DNA from: an uncultured virus (IMG/VR IMGVR_UViG_3300048799_000004)
Lineage: Duplodnaviria; Heunggongvirae; Uroviricota; Caudoviricetes
Virus record (IMG/VR): IMGVR_UViG_3300048799_000004
Length of the DNA: 64,000 nucleotides
Direction: 5' to 3' (one strand)
Every line of letters begins with the position of its first letter. Position 1 is the stretch's first letter. Shown here piece by piece: positions 38,361-47,375 of this stretch. The notes beneath the pieces are model-generated. The model was not told the DNA's origin, did not search any database, and saw nothing but the letters and a program-made list of their open reading frames with translations. Made by a program: the position numbers and the translations under genes.

Positions 38361-38777
38361 ATGCTACCAACTGACGTAAACTTAGCTGATGCGTTTGACG
38401 CCCTGAACGACGCGGCCGTCGCGGCCGAGCACGTAGCGATGCCGCTCTCAAAAAAGTTTGAGTACGGTGGCTTCCTGGTCGAATGTGACGGTAAGTTTTA
38501 CTACACTCGGCCTATGACCTCACACAAGACAGCTGAGATCTACCTGCACGCCATTATGCCGAAGACGTGTACTATGTCTGGGATGTTTCACACTCACCCT
38601 GGGGTAGGAAGCCTTGCGAGCTACTTCTCGGAAACGGACATCAAGCTCGCAGCGAAGCTGAATGTGCCGAGCTACATAGGCGTCACCAGCACAGGCGAGA
38701 TCCACCAGTTTGTTGCGGGTCGCGACAAGATCACATACTCTGTGGACGGTCAGCTGTCACTAGGAGAAATTCTTTGA
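38361..38777 (+). CDS. JAB/MPN (DUF4329-like) metalloprotease-fold protein
   Basis: EYGG...FHTHP...FSETD (JAMM motif E...HxH...S..D). Confidence 0.8.
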   Translation: MLPTDVNLADAFDALNDAAVAAEHVAMPLSKKFEYGGFLVECDGKFYYTRPMTSHKTAEIYLHAIMPKTCTMSGMFHTHPGVGSLASYFSETDIKLAAKLNVPSYIGVTSTGEIHQFVAGRDKITYSVDGQLSLGEIL

Positions 38778-38868
38778 ACTACTTGAACCCGCTAGACGAG
38801 ATGAGTCATCAGGCGATGGGGTTTTTTTTGTGGTATGACCCAACCCTCACTGGGAACAGGAAGGTATC

Positions 38869-39024
38869 ATGAGCGACAATCATCTGAATCCTTTGGACGA
38901 CATTAGCTTCGCGGGACTGCAGCGCATCGAGACAATCGTGCGTCAGGAAGCAGAACCCGGCGACGTAGAATTAGTGAACTTCGCCAACCTGATCCGCGCG
39001 GAGCTGCAGCACCGTCATGGGTGA
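38869..39024 (+). CDS. Small hypothetical protein (MSDNHLNPLDD...)
   Basis: AGGAAGG RBS; hand translation. Confidence 0.5.
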   Translation: MSDNHLNPLDDISFAGLQRIETIVRQEAEPGDVELVNFANLIRAELQHRHG

Positions 39025-39412
39025 TCGCGTACTCAGAGCATTGCAGGGCGCTCTCATGGACCCTCATACTCACGAGATGATGGACGAGACAACAGCTACA
39101 GCGTTATCACGGTGGGTCGTGGTAGCACAGCAGATCATGGAAGAAGCCGACACTCCGCAGCGGTTCGAGGAGTTCTGGAAGCTATACCCGCGCAAGGTCA
39201 ACAAGTCAGGCGCTCTAAGCGCATGGAGACGAGCAGATGGCGACAAACACTTCGACCGCATCCAGGCCAATGTGGTTTCAAGGCTGGCCTCCGAAGAGTG
39301 GAAGCCAGATGCCACCGGCATGCAGTACATTCTTCACGCAACGTCTTATCTTAACCAGAGGCGCTGGCTCGACGAGGCAGCCCCACAAGAGGTCAGCAGA
39401 TTCGACCTGTAG
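39017..39412 (+). CDS. Replication initiator / replisome-organiser C-terminal-like protein
   Basis: FEEFWKLYPRKxxKxxAxxAW...YIxHAxSYLNQxRWxDE motif; upstream of the primase-helicase. Confidence 0.7.
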   Translation: MGDRVLRALQGALMDPHTHEMMDETTATALSRWVVVAQQIMEEADTPQRFEEFWKLYPRKVNKSGALSAWRRADGDKHFDRIQANVVSRLASEEWKPDATGMQYILHATSYLNQRRWLDEAAPQEVSRFDL

Positions 39413-39442
39413 CACACGCTACCTCAATGACAGGAAGCCAAG

Positions 39443-41266
39443 ATGACACCACGCCAACTACGCGAAGCACTCGCCGGACAAGTAGAAAGCGTCTGCCGTC
39501 AGTACCTACCGAACGGCCGCAAGCAAGGCCATGAGTGGGTCGTCGGCTCACTCTCTGGCGAGGAAGGTCAGAGCCTCAAGGTGCAGCTCGTCGGCGAGCG
39601 GCGCGGTCTGTGGAAGGATTTCTCGAACAACGAACTCGGCGGTGACCTGCTCGACCTCATCAGAGAATCGCAGGGTCTGTCGATCTCAGATGGCATCAAG
39701 GCGGCGAAGAGATACCTAGGCGTGGCAGACACACCGATGTCTCTGCGGTACGAACCAAAGACCTATAAGCAGCCCGAGCGCCCGGCGACTCTGGCTACGT
39801 TATCCAAACTGGATAATGCTCACCAAATGATGGTGAAGCGCGGACTGGAGAAGGCGATTGAACCCTATAAAGTGGCGACGGCTGATGGCGGCAAGACAAT
39901 TGTGTTTCCATACCTGGACGCTCAGGGAGAGCTTGTGCATCTCGGTTACCGCGATGCTGCGTCGAAGAAGTTCTGGACGAGTAAAGACACGCGGCCTTCC
40001 CTGTTCGGGTGGCAAGCGATACCTAACGACGCCGAAAGCGTTGTACTAACTGAGGGACAGCTAGATGCGATGGCAATGTGGGTTTACGGTTTTCCGGCGC
40101 TCAGTATCCCTTTCGGTGCAGGCAAGGGACATCACGAGTGGATCTCAACTGAGTGGGATGAGCTTGAACGTTTCGATTGCATATACATCGCGTTCGACCA
40201 GGACGAAGCCGGACAACTTGCTGTCTCCGAGGTTGTCAGCCGTCTCGGACGACATAGATGCAAAGTGGTCACGCTACCATGCAAGGATGCGAATGATTGC
40301 CTCACAAGCGGCATCGCTGCAGACGTTATTAGACGAGCGATTGAGGAGGCAGCTGCCCTGGACCCCGCCCAGCTGAGACATGCTGGCGGTTACTATGAAG
40401 AGGTTCACGATGAGTTCTACCCGAAAGACAAAGGCAACATCGGATTTGCCCCTCCCTGGAAGTGGCTTGGACAAGGATTCCAATTTCGCTACGGTGAGAC
40501 GACAGTACTGGCTGGCATCAACGGCCACGGAAAATCTGAGGGAGTCGGACATATCTCCCTCTGCGCTTTGGCGCAGGACGTTCGGACCTGCGTTGCTTCC
40601 CTTGAGTTTAAGCCACGACGTTGGCTTGCTCGAATTGCTCGCCAAGCGCTCTGCACAGTGTCCCCAGAACCTAGCCGTCTACGAGCGCTCCATGATTGGT
40701 ATGCTGACAGACTCTGGGTCTTCGACGTCGTGGGTAAAACACGAATGGAAGAAATGCTCGACGTGTTCCTGTATGCATATCGTCGCTACGGAGTTAAGCT
40801 CTTTGTTATTGACAACATGTCCAAGTGCGGACTCGACGAAGACGACTACAACGGACAGAAGCGATTCATAGAGATGGCGACAGCGTTCGGTATCGAACAC
40901 AACGTCCACATGCTAATCGTCGCGCACATGCGCAAAGGCGAAGGCAAGAGCGAAGAGAAGGGCGGCAAGTGGTCCATCAAAGGGACCGGCGCGATCACTG
41001 ACCTAGTGGACAATGTGATACTCTGGTTCCGCGACAAGGGTAAAGAGATCAAGATCCGTGAGCTGAAGCGGCCCTGTCAGACGCTCGCGCCCGAGGAAGT
41101 AGCTAGGCAGTTAGTTGAGTTAGATCTGAAGCCTGACGCTGTAGCCGAGATCCATAAACAGAGAAACGGAGAGGGGTCTGAACCTTTTCAAAGATTATGG
41201 TTTCATTCCCAATCACATCAATTCCTGTCTGCTAGGGGAGATACCCCGGCGAGGTATTTCGGATGA
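39443..41266 (+). CDS. Bifunctional DNA primase-helicase (TOPRIM + SF4 helicase)
   Basis: TEGQLDA, FDQDEAG and KDAND (TOPRIM); GINGHGKS, VIDN, VAHMRK and IKGTG (SF4). Confidence 0.93.
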   Translation: MTPRQLREALAGQVESVCRQYLPNGRKQGHEWVVGSLSGEEGQSLKVQLVGERRGLWKDFSNNELGGDLLDLIRESQGLSISDGIKAAKRYLGVADTPMSLRYEPKTYKQPERPATLATLSKLDNAHQMMVKRGLEKAIEPYKVATADGGKTIVFPYLDAQGELVHLGYRDAASKKFWTSKDTRPSLFGWQAIPNDAESVVLTEGQLDAMAMWVYGFPALSIPFGAGKGHHEWISTEWDELERFDCIYIAFDQDEAGQLAVSEVVSRLGRHRCKVVTLPCKDANDCLTSGIAADVIRRAIEEAAALDPAQLRHAGGYYEEVHDEFYPKDKGNIGFAPPWKWLGQGFQFRYGETTVLAGINGHGKSEGVGHISLCALAQDVRTCVASLEFKPRRWLARIARQALCTVSPEPSRLRALHDWYADRLWVFDVVGKTRMEEMLDVFLYAYRRYGVKLFVIDNMSKCGLDEDDYNGQKRFIEMATAFGIEHNVHMLIVAHMRKGEGKSEEKGGKWSIKGTGAITDLVDNVILWFRDKGKEIKIRELKRPCQTLAPEEVARQLVELDLKPDAVAEIHKQRNGEGSEPFQRLWFHSQSHQFLSARGDTPARYFG

Positions 41267-41949
41267 GTATAGTTGCTTACTCAGGCGAGATTGAGTTCGA
41301 CGGCGCGAGCTGGTCGGACCTGGACGGATGGCGCGTGCGCTTCCGTGTGATCCAATTGCCGGGCGACGCGACCAAAAGCAATCCGTTCAAGCAATTTACG
41401 AAAAGGTCAGGGGACCGTCCAGGTACTAGATTCGTAGCATCTCTACAGCCAGTCGCATACGGCAAACCCTTTGAGGGAGAAGTTGCGCTTGCAGCTTGGA
41501 GTGACTCAACGAGAGGCTGGACGGTCTCTTTCTCGTTCGCTGAGGAGCCCGTGTCGTTCGCTGGCTGTATCCGGCGCAGTAAAGACACGCCTGGTACTCG
41601 TTTCATGGGTGCACTTGTAGAGATCGATCACGATGAGACTGTGATCAACCAGGAGCAGCGCGAGAAGGTAGAGCGGGACATGACTGCTGGTCGCATCGCG
41701 GACAAGAAGTTGAGCGGCACTGCAGCTATACTCGGCAAGAACCAACAGTTTTGGGAATGGTTGCGCGAGACGGTTAATGAGGGCGAGTGGAAAGAGACCA
41801 CAGCCACACGCTGGATCAAAGATTACTGCGCGATCAAAAGCCGAGCAGAGCTTGATGACCAACGGAACACACTAGCGATTGGAAGGTTTGTAAAGCTCCA
41901 CTCCCAATTCCGAGAGTGGCTGGGGGATACATTCTATGGCAACATCTAA
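41263..41949 (+). CDS. Hypothetical protein with an internal duplication (GE...W...GW.V.F...PGTRF, twice)
   Basis: 228-aa ORF; C-terminal C.I.SR.ELD motif. Confidence 0.6.
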   Translation: MSIVAYSGEIEFDGASWSDLDGWRVRFRVIQLPGDATKSNPFKQFTKRSGDRPGTRFVASLQPVAYGKPFEGEVALAAWSDSTRGWTVSFSFAEEPVSFAGCIRRSKDTPGTRFMGALVEIDHDETVINQEQREKVERDMTAGRIADKKLSGTAAILGKNQQFWEWLRETVNEGEWKETTATRWIKDYCAIKSRAELDDQRNTLAIGRFVKLHSQFREWLGDTFYGNI

Positions 41950-42319
41950 CGTCCTTAGGTATTTGCAGAGGAAGCTGAGCTACATCACTTTTCGCACAAT
42001 AGTGATTTTCGATGTATGGAAGAAATCGTTTGCTCAGTGGCGCGAGTTACAGAAGAACAACGAGCTGGCAGCGTTAACCACGCGTATTCGTGAGTTGCTT
42101 GATCGCTGTCCGCACACAATCATTCTGATCAGGCATGCGCACACCACGCCGTCTATGTTCGGAAAAGATTACGGGTACGACTACCTGAAGGTCTGGGCGA
42201 AGTGTAGCGACTGCGACGAGGAGTGGCTTCTCCAGGGTCGAACTGACGGCTACTTTTCAAAGAGCAGCAACCGTGAAGTGTACAAGGACGCGATCCGCCA
42301 TGTCAACAGCCGAGATTAA
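41936..42319 (+). CDS. Hypothetical protein (CPH...CSDC)
   Basis: ORF within the operon. Confidence 0.5.
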   Translation: MATSNVLRYLQRKLSYITFRTIVIFDVWKKSFAQWRELQKNNELAALTTRIRELLDRCPHTIILIRHAHTTPSMFGKDYGYDYLKVWAKCSDCDEEWLLQGRTDGYFSKSSNREVYKDAIRHVNSRD

Positions 42320-42644
42320 GAGGCACTGGACTCGCGTAGCTGCCCTGGGATGCTGCATCAGTCACAGCCCTGGCCCAACCCTGCACCACGTCCACGGCGG
42401 CTCCTGCAGGTTCGTGGGCATCCACAAGGGCATGGGGCAGAAGACCAGCGACTGGCTTGTGATCCCGCTCGCTGCGCAGTACCATTGCGCCGGGCCTCAG
42501 GCTATCGACGGCGGCGGTATAACCGTTCGCGAATGGGAAGAGTTGTTCGGCACTCAGGTCGAGTTCCTTGAGTGGGTATCCAGAAGGCTTGGGGTAGATG
42601 TCTTCCAAAAAGCCGGATTAGAGTACAGGGTGAACTTCAAGTGA
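42300..42644 (+). CDS. Ref / DUF968-like HNH nuclease
   Basis: VAALGCxxS, LHH, GMGQK, VIPL...H and WEExFG motifs. Confidence 0.7.
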   Translation: MSTAEIKRHWTRVAALGCCISHSPGPTLHHVHGGSCRFVGIHKGMGQKTSDWLVIPLAAQYHCAGPQAIDGGGITVREWEELFGTQVEFLEWVSRRLGVDVFQKAGLEYRVNFK

Positions 42645-43003
42645 GCACGTTCCTGGTCAACAGCATCGAGGGACTGTTCGATACCGCCGAACTTGGCCGC
42701 ATGGGTCCGTGGTCTGATAGCGGGAGGCATCACGCGTATTTCTATCTCGTGATTACCCGCCAGGGGTCTCACGAGCAGTTCGCCGAAATTGGTAACCTGC
42801 TGTATGAGCAGATGATTCTCTTCCGTAAGGCGACGCCGTCACCGGCTCAGTTATACTGGAGGACGGGCGACCGCATTACGATGTGGTCTGCCGATGAACC
42901 TGACTACGGGCCGCGCGCGCAAATGTACACGCGGATCTCGATCCCAGGGTGCAAGATTGATTCTGTTCCAATACTTGATGGTGTGATATGCCTACACTTA
43001 TAG
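42641..43003 (+). CDS. Hypothetical protein (GTG start)
   Basis: GTGA overlap with the previous stop. Confidence 0.45.
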   Translation: MSTFLVNSIEGLFDTAELGRMGPWSDSGRHHAYFYLVITRQGSHEQFAEIGNLLYEQMILFRKATPSPAQLYWRTGDRITMWSADEPDYGPRAQMYTRISIPGCKIDSVPILDGVICLHL

Positions 43004-43275
43004 ACATCCGTGACCGGATCGACGCTACTCGATTGGACGACCCAACGAAATGGACAGCCTGCGATCTTCTTGATAAAACGAAGCAGATGATCGAGAAGGG
43101 TCAGGCGCACGGTGACCAAGTTCGCTTGATCGTACTGGTGTGCCTTGAGGACAAGGAAGGTGTGCGTGACACCTATGTCGCGCAGCGCGGCATCGAGGAC
43201 GACATCGCTGTGCTCGGCTGGCTTGAGATGTTCAAGGCCGAGGCCATCGATATGTTGGAAGCGGACATCGACTGA
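42988..43275 (+). CDS. Hypothetical protein
   Basis: 95-aa ORF coupled to the next gene. Confidence 0.5.
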   Translation: MPTLIDIRDRIDATRLDDPTKWTACDLLDKTKQMIEKGQAHGDQVRLIVLVCLEDKEGVRDTYVAQRGIEDDIAVLGWLEMFKAEAIDMLEADID

Positions 43276-43688
43276 TGCGACTCTTGTACATGCCTAAAAT
43301 CACCCTTGGTGTCGAGAAGGACGCACAGGATATATTCGTTCAGCACGTGCGTGCAAAGGGATGGGGCCATCTGCTCATGATGATACCTAACGGCACTCAG
43401 CTCCCTGGAGACGCCAGGAAGCGCGCGATGTACATGAACTCCCTCAAGAAGCAGGGTCTGTTGCCCGGCGCGTTCGATCTATTCTTCGCGCACGCGGTCG
43501 GCAAGTACCACGGCGCGTTCTTTGAAATGAAGCGCACCAAAGGCGGCGTTATATCCCCAGAGCAGATTGTGTTCCACGGGAACATGCTTAAGCAGGGGTA
43601 CTACGCTGATATCTGCGCCGGGGAAGACAAGGCGATTGCGAGCTGGGAAGAGTACATGCTTGGGGGAAAACCGCTTTGGTTCAAATGA
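43275..43688 (+). CDS. VRR-NUC domain nuclease (resolvase candidate)
   Basis: E...Q, IPNG, GxxPGxxDL, EMK and SPEQ motifs. Confidence 0.88.
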   Translation: MRLLYMPKITLGVEKDAQDIFVQHVRAKGWGHLLMMIPNGTQLPGDARKRAMYMNSLKKQGLLPGAFDLFFAHAVGKYHGAFFEMKRTKGGVISPEQIVFHGNMLKQGYYADICAGEDKAIASWEEYMLGGKPLWFK

Positions 43689-44473
43689 TTCGAGGCCGTG
43701 GCACAGGTCTGGAAGATCTTACTGAGCAGCAGCGCGCGTTCTCAGTCGAGTGGGTGAAGACTCGCTCGCCGAAGAAAGCACTGATTGCTGGCGGCTACTC
43801 CACGCACGGAGACAACACGTCAAGCGCCACACGCATCCGCAAGTCGTGTTTTGAATATATCGTGATGCTGGAGAGAGACATCCGCATCGACTCATCGATG
43901 AGCGTGATCTCTCTGCAGAAGTCCATCGCCAAGCTTGCCAACGCGAATCACAGGGACTTCCAGATCCTCGACGAAGACACCGGGGTATGGCGTCCTCGCA
44001 CGCTTGAGGAGTGCACGCGAGAGATGCTTGATGTTGTAGAATCCTACGAGCTGATGTGGACGTCAGACCCGAAGTGGAAGCCTGACCCGAACGACCCGGA
44101 GAAGAAAGATCCAGGGCGCTGGGTGCTGGCGAACGTCAAGCTCCCCAACAGGCTCGAAGCCAAGAAACTACTGGGTCGCACGATGGGCATGTTCGAGAAC
44201 GGCAAAGCTGCGCTGCCGCAGGGCGTTCACGGCGGTGAGGCGCAGGACCATGCTATGCTGAGTAGGCTATCTACCCCAGAGCTGATGCAGCTGCGAGCAC
44301 TGATGCTGAAGGCGTCGAGCATGATTAGTCAAGTGACAGCGATTGATGTAAAGTCTGAAGTCCTGGTGGCTGGGAAGACGGGCGCAACAGCGGAAGTAGT
44401 TCCTGCAGGGCTCCCGCAGGCTCATGAACCCAGCCCCCAGGCAGTACTATCTTCAACTAAGGAACAGAAATGA
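43685..44473 (+). CDS. terS: Terminase small subunit
   Basis: LTEQQRAF..E...A.IAGGYS HTH-like N-terminus; VKL.NRLEA..LLGR..GMF. Confidence 0.75.
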   Translation: MIRGRGTGLEDLTEQQRAFSVEWVKTRSPKKALIAGGYSTHGDNTSSATRIRKSCFEYIVMLERDIRIDSSMSVISLQKSIAKLANANHRDFQILDEDTGVWRPRTLEECTREMLDVVESYELMWTSDPKWKPDPNDPEKKDPGRWVLANVKLPNRLEAKKLLGRTMGMFENGKAALPQGVHGGEAQDHAMLSRLSTPELMQLRALMLKASSMISQVTAIDVKSEVLVAGKTGATAEVVPAGLPQAHEPSPQAVLSSTKEQK

Positions 44474-45375
44474 CACGACGCGAACAAATAGAGAAGCTGG
44501 TAGCCAAGGGGAAGTCAGGGGAAGAAGTTGGCCGCGCGCTAGATATAGATTCAGGCAGCGCTCGCAGAATAATGCGCCAGATAAAGAGCGATTCAGGCGC
44601 GAAGAAAACCACGGTTAGTCATATCATGGTTCCAGATTGTCAGATACGGCCGGGCGTGTCTACTGACTTCCTGACGTGGATCAGTTACTACATCGCAGAT
44701 CGCAACCCAGATGTTCTTATTCAGATCGGCGACTTCGCCGACATGAACTCGCTCAGTTCCTACGACGTCGGCAAGAAGGCGCACGAGGGCAAGCGATACG
44801 TAGCAGACATCGACGCATCGAACGAAGCGATGAATCGCCTGATGGAGAAGGTGCCGAAGAATACCCGCAAAGTCCTTACCCTTGGCAATCACGAGGACCG
44901 CATAGATCGAGCTGTCGAGGCAGACGCAAAACTTGAGGGCGCGATCTCCATCAAAGACCTCAACTACGAGCACTTCGGCTTCGAGGTCTATCCGTTCCTT
45001 CAGCCTGTCGTGATAGACGGCGTCTCGTATTGTCACTATTTCCCACGGTCAGCGTCCGGCTCTGTAGGTCAGACGAAACGCGGCGCACCCAATGCGCGAG
45101 CACAGCTGATACGTGAAGGACGCAGCGCTGTCAGTGGACACCAGCAAGGTTTAGACGTGGCATGCATGCCTCTCGGAGGGGTACTGCAGTGGGGTATCAT
45201 TGCTGGTAGCGCGTACCCGCACATAGAGAAGTACCTGAGCCCGCAGGGCAATACGCACTGGCGCGGCATCCTGGTGTTCCACGAGGTTCGTGATGGATAT
45301 TTCGACCTGATGACTGTGTCGTTGGGATACCTGAAAGGACGATACGGCTACCGAACTGTAAAGCGCAAAGTGTGA
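44470..45375 (+). CDS. Calcineurin-like metallophosphoesterase with an N-terminal HTH
   Basis: PDxQ, IGDFAD, LGNHEDR and GH motifs. Confidence 0.88.
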   Translation: MTRREQIEKLVAKGKSGEEVGRALDIDSGSARRIMRQIKSDSGAKKTTVSHIMVPDCQIRPGVSTDFLTWISYYIADRNPDVLIQIGDFADMNSLSSYDVGKKAHEGKRYVADIDASNEAMNRLMEKVPKNTRKVLTLGNHEDRIDRAVEADAKLEGAISIKDLNYEHFGFEVYPFLQPVVIDGVSYCHYFPRSASGSVGQTKRGAPNARAQLIREGRSAVSGHQQGLDVACMPLGGVLQWGIIAGSAYPHIEKYLSPQGNTHWRGILVFHEVRDGYFDLMTVSLGYLKGRYGYRTVKRKV

Positions 45376-45402
45376 TACACTCCGACTGTCCTTAACCTGG
45401 AG

Positions 45403-46164
45403 ATGCAGATGAAACGACTTTGGATATTACTTGCAGCCATTCAGCTGTCAGTGGTCGCCGCTTCTGGTGTGCCCCTCTCGACGGCTCAAGTGACTCCGCC
45501 ACTTCAGCATCGCACGTCCGGCATCGACCCTCAGAGCCAAGCGGGGTGGCGCAAGAAGTTCAGCAAGGATGGATTCTGCGAAGGTCACGTCGCTGAGGTT
45601 ATACCGTACCAGGACGGAGAGTTTCTGATTACGTGTCTGCATGCGAAGCTGACAAAGGGCGTGGTGCTGTCGCATGACTTCAAGGGCAAGCCTGAGTCTG
45701 CACCGCAGCCAGCGTCAGACGTCTTCGTATACGATACTCCTGAGCTTGCGGCTATAGATGCGCTGAAGTTCATTGACCAGGAGAAGAGCGAGGTATATGA
45801 GTACGGCGGCGCAATCGGCAAGCTAGAGAACGGCAAGTTCATCGTTAGCTATCCAAACACGAACTACTCAGGAGACAATGTTGCGATTGACGTCAGTCAG
45901 CTACCCGCTCAGGCGAAGCTGGTTGCAACGTACCACACTCACCCGTGCATACCGAAGCACAAGGTCCAGTTCTTCTCTCCAGAAGATCTGTACATCGTGA
46001 TCTTTGGTCGGCTCGATGAGGTCTTCATGGGCGACTTCTGCTCAGGGATTGTTCACGAGTTCAAGTACGGCGACAAGCCTGACGAGACGCAGCTAGATGA
46101 GCATGTGTGGTCTACTGCTGGCCGCAATGTTGGTGTCTTCACTACGCACACCGAGGACGAGTAA
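45403..46164 (+). CDS. Signal-peptide-bearing JAB/MPN (DUF4329-like) protein
   Basis: MKRLWILLAAIQLSVVAA signal; EYGG...YHTHP...FSPED. Confidence 0.75.
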   Translation: MQMKRLWILLAAIQLSVVAASGVPLSTAQVTPPLQHRTSGIDPQSQAGWRKKFSKDGFCEGHVAEVIPYQDGEFLITCLHAKLTKGVVLSHDFKGKPESAPQPASDVFVYDTPELAAIDALKFIDQEKSEVYEYGGAIGKLENGKFIVSYPNTNYSGDNVAIDVSQLPAQAKLVATYHTHPCIPKHKVQFFSPEDLYIVIFGRLDEVFMGDFCSGIVHEFKYGDKPDETQLDEHVWSTAGRNVGVFTTHTEDE

Positions 46165-46592
46165 TGCTTCCCACAGATTACGACGCAAGAAAGGCTTTAC
46201 CGCTGTGGGATTTTCTTTTCGGATACTTTCCAAAGGCGTGGTTGGAGGTTGTGCGTGTTGCTGTCGCGGGAAACACGCAGCATCAGAACGTAGGTAAGAC
46301 GATTATATGGGCTCGCGAGAAGTCTACTGACCAACTCAACACCGCATTCAGACATCAGTTCGATTATGGTATGGGCATCAAGAAGGACACTGACGGTCAG
46401 TGGCACCTTGCCAAGGCCATCTGGCGGCTGTCGGCGCAACTGCAGCTCGACATCGAAGCTGAGGAGCGCGACTCAGAGCAGACGCTGGATTATGAGGCTA
46501 TGGTGCGCTCTGAACAGGAGTCAGTCTCTACTGCGCAGTTGGAAGAGTTCCTAAGTGCTATTCAGCAACATCGCAACGGCGCTGGTTATTGA
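46164..46592 (+). CDS. DUF5664-like protein (dATP/dGTP diphosphohydrolase N-terminal family)
   Basis: K..PL...FPxAxxEV.RV...GNxQH, RH, and D.DG..HLAKAxWR motifs. Confidence 0.7.
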   Translation: MLPTDYDARKALPLWDFLFGYFPKAWLEVVRVAVAGNTQHQNVGKTIIWAREKSTDQLNTAFRHQFDYGMGIKKDTDGQWHLAKAIWRLSAQLQLDIEAEERDSEQTLDYEAMVRSEQESVSTAQLEEFLSAIQQHRNGAGY

Positions 46593-46593
46593 T

Positions 46594-46788
46594 GTGCCAA
46601 TTTATGAGTACCTTTGCTCAAATGGCCATATCAGCGAACAGCTGGTTCCTGCAGGGGCAGCCAGCGTCCAGCGGTATCAAACGATGGTCTGTGAGCGCTG
46701 TGATAACGACGACACACCGGAATTGGCGTCGCGCTCATTGCTTCTTGCGCAGCGCATATTGTCAGCGTCTCATGGGAGGGTGAAATGA
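46594..46788 (+). CDS. FmdB-like zinc-ribbon protein
   Basis: PIYEYxCxxGH...CxxC...R.LS. Confidence 0.7.
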   Translation: MPIYEYLCSNGHISEQLVPAGAASVQRYQTMVCERCDNDDTPELASRSLLLAQRILSASHGRVK

Positions 46789-47375
46789 AACCTGAGTGGA
46801 TGACTTTCAGCAACGGTGTCACTGTCAATCTGAATGATTTCGACGGCGACGAGGTTGGAATCGAAGAGCTTGCGCTGTCACTGGCGCGAGTCAATCGCTT
46901 CGCCGGTCACACGAAGAAGGGGGTCACGTACTCAGTCGCTGAGCATAGCGTGTGGGTAAGCTTCCACGTTCCTAGTGCGCTAGCTTTCCCTGCGCTGATG
47001 CACGACATTGAAGAGGCAGTGTTCGGCGACATCCCTACACCTGCCAAGCATCTTGCACCGGCAGTAATCGAGGCTGGCAACAAGATCCGTCTGGCCATCT
47101 GGAGATCGCACGGCGTACGCTGCACGACTCACGAGTGGGAATACATCAAGGAATCAGATCACGTTGCTCTCATCACCGAGGCGCGCGACCTGATGCATCC
47201 GAACATCCAGAGATTCGTACCGTTTGACCGTGACTACTACATCCCGCAGATATTCCCTCTGATGAACGAGGACGACATCGTCAATCAGTTTCTGGACCGT
47301 TACAATGACGTGTCAGGTATAGCGAAGCAGGAGCTGGACGCTGCGGCGTACATGAAGAGCCTGCGCACTGCATGA
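46785..47375 (+). CDS. HD-domain 5'-deoxynucleotidase-like hydrolase (YfdR/YfbR family)
   Basis: LAxxNRFAGH, YSVAEHS, LMHDxxEAxxGDIPTPxK and D.....E.RDL motifs. Confidence 0.88.
   Translation: MKPEWMTFSNGVTVNLNDFDGDEVGIEELALSLARVNRFAGHTKKGVTYSVAEHSVWVSFHVPSALAFPALMHDIEEAVFGDIPTPAKHLAPAVIEAGNKIRLAIWRSHGVRCTTHEWEYIKESDHVALITEARDLMHPNIQRFVPFDRDYYIPQIFPLMNEDDIVNQFLDRYNDVSGIAKQELDAAAYMKSLRTA

Noticed and set aside
46164..47375. Complete 2-aminoadenine (Z-genome) pathway
   Set aside because: No PurZ/adenylosuccinate-synthetase-like gene or DNA polymerase in the window.
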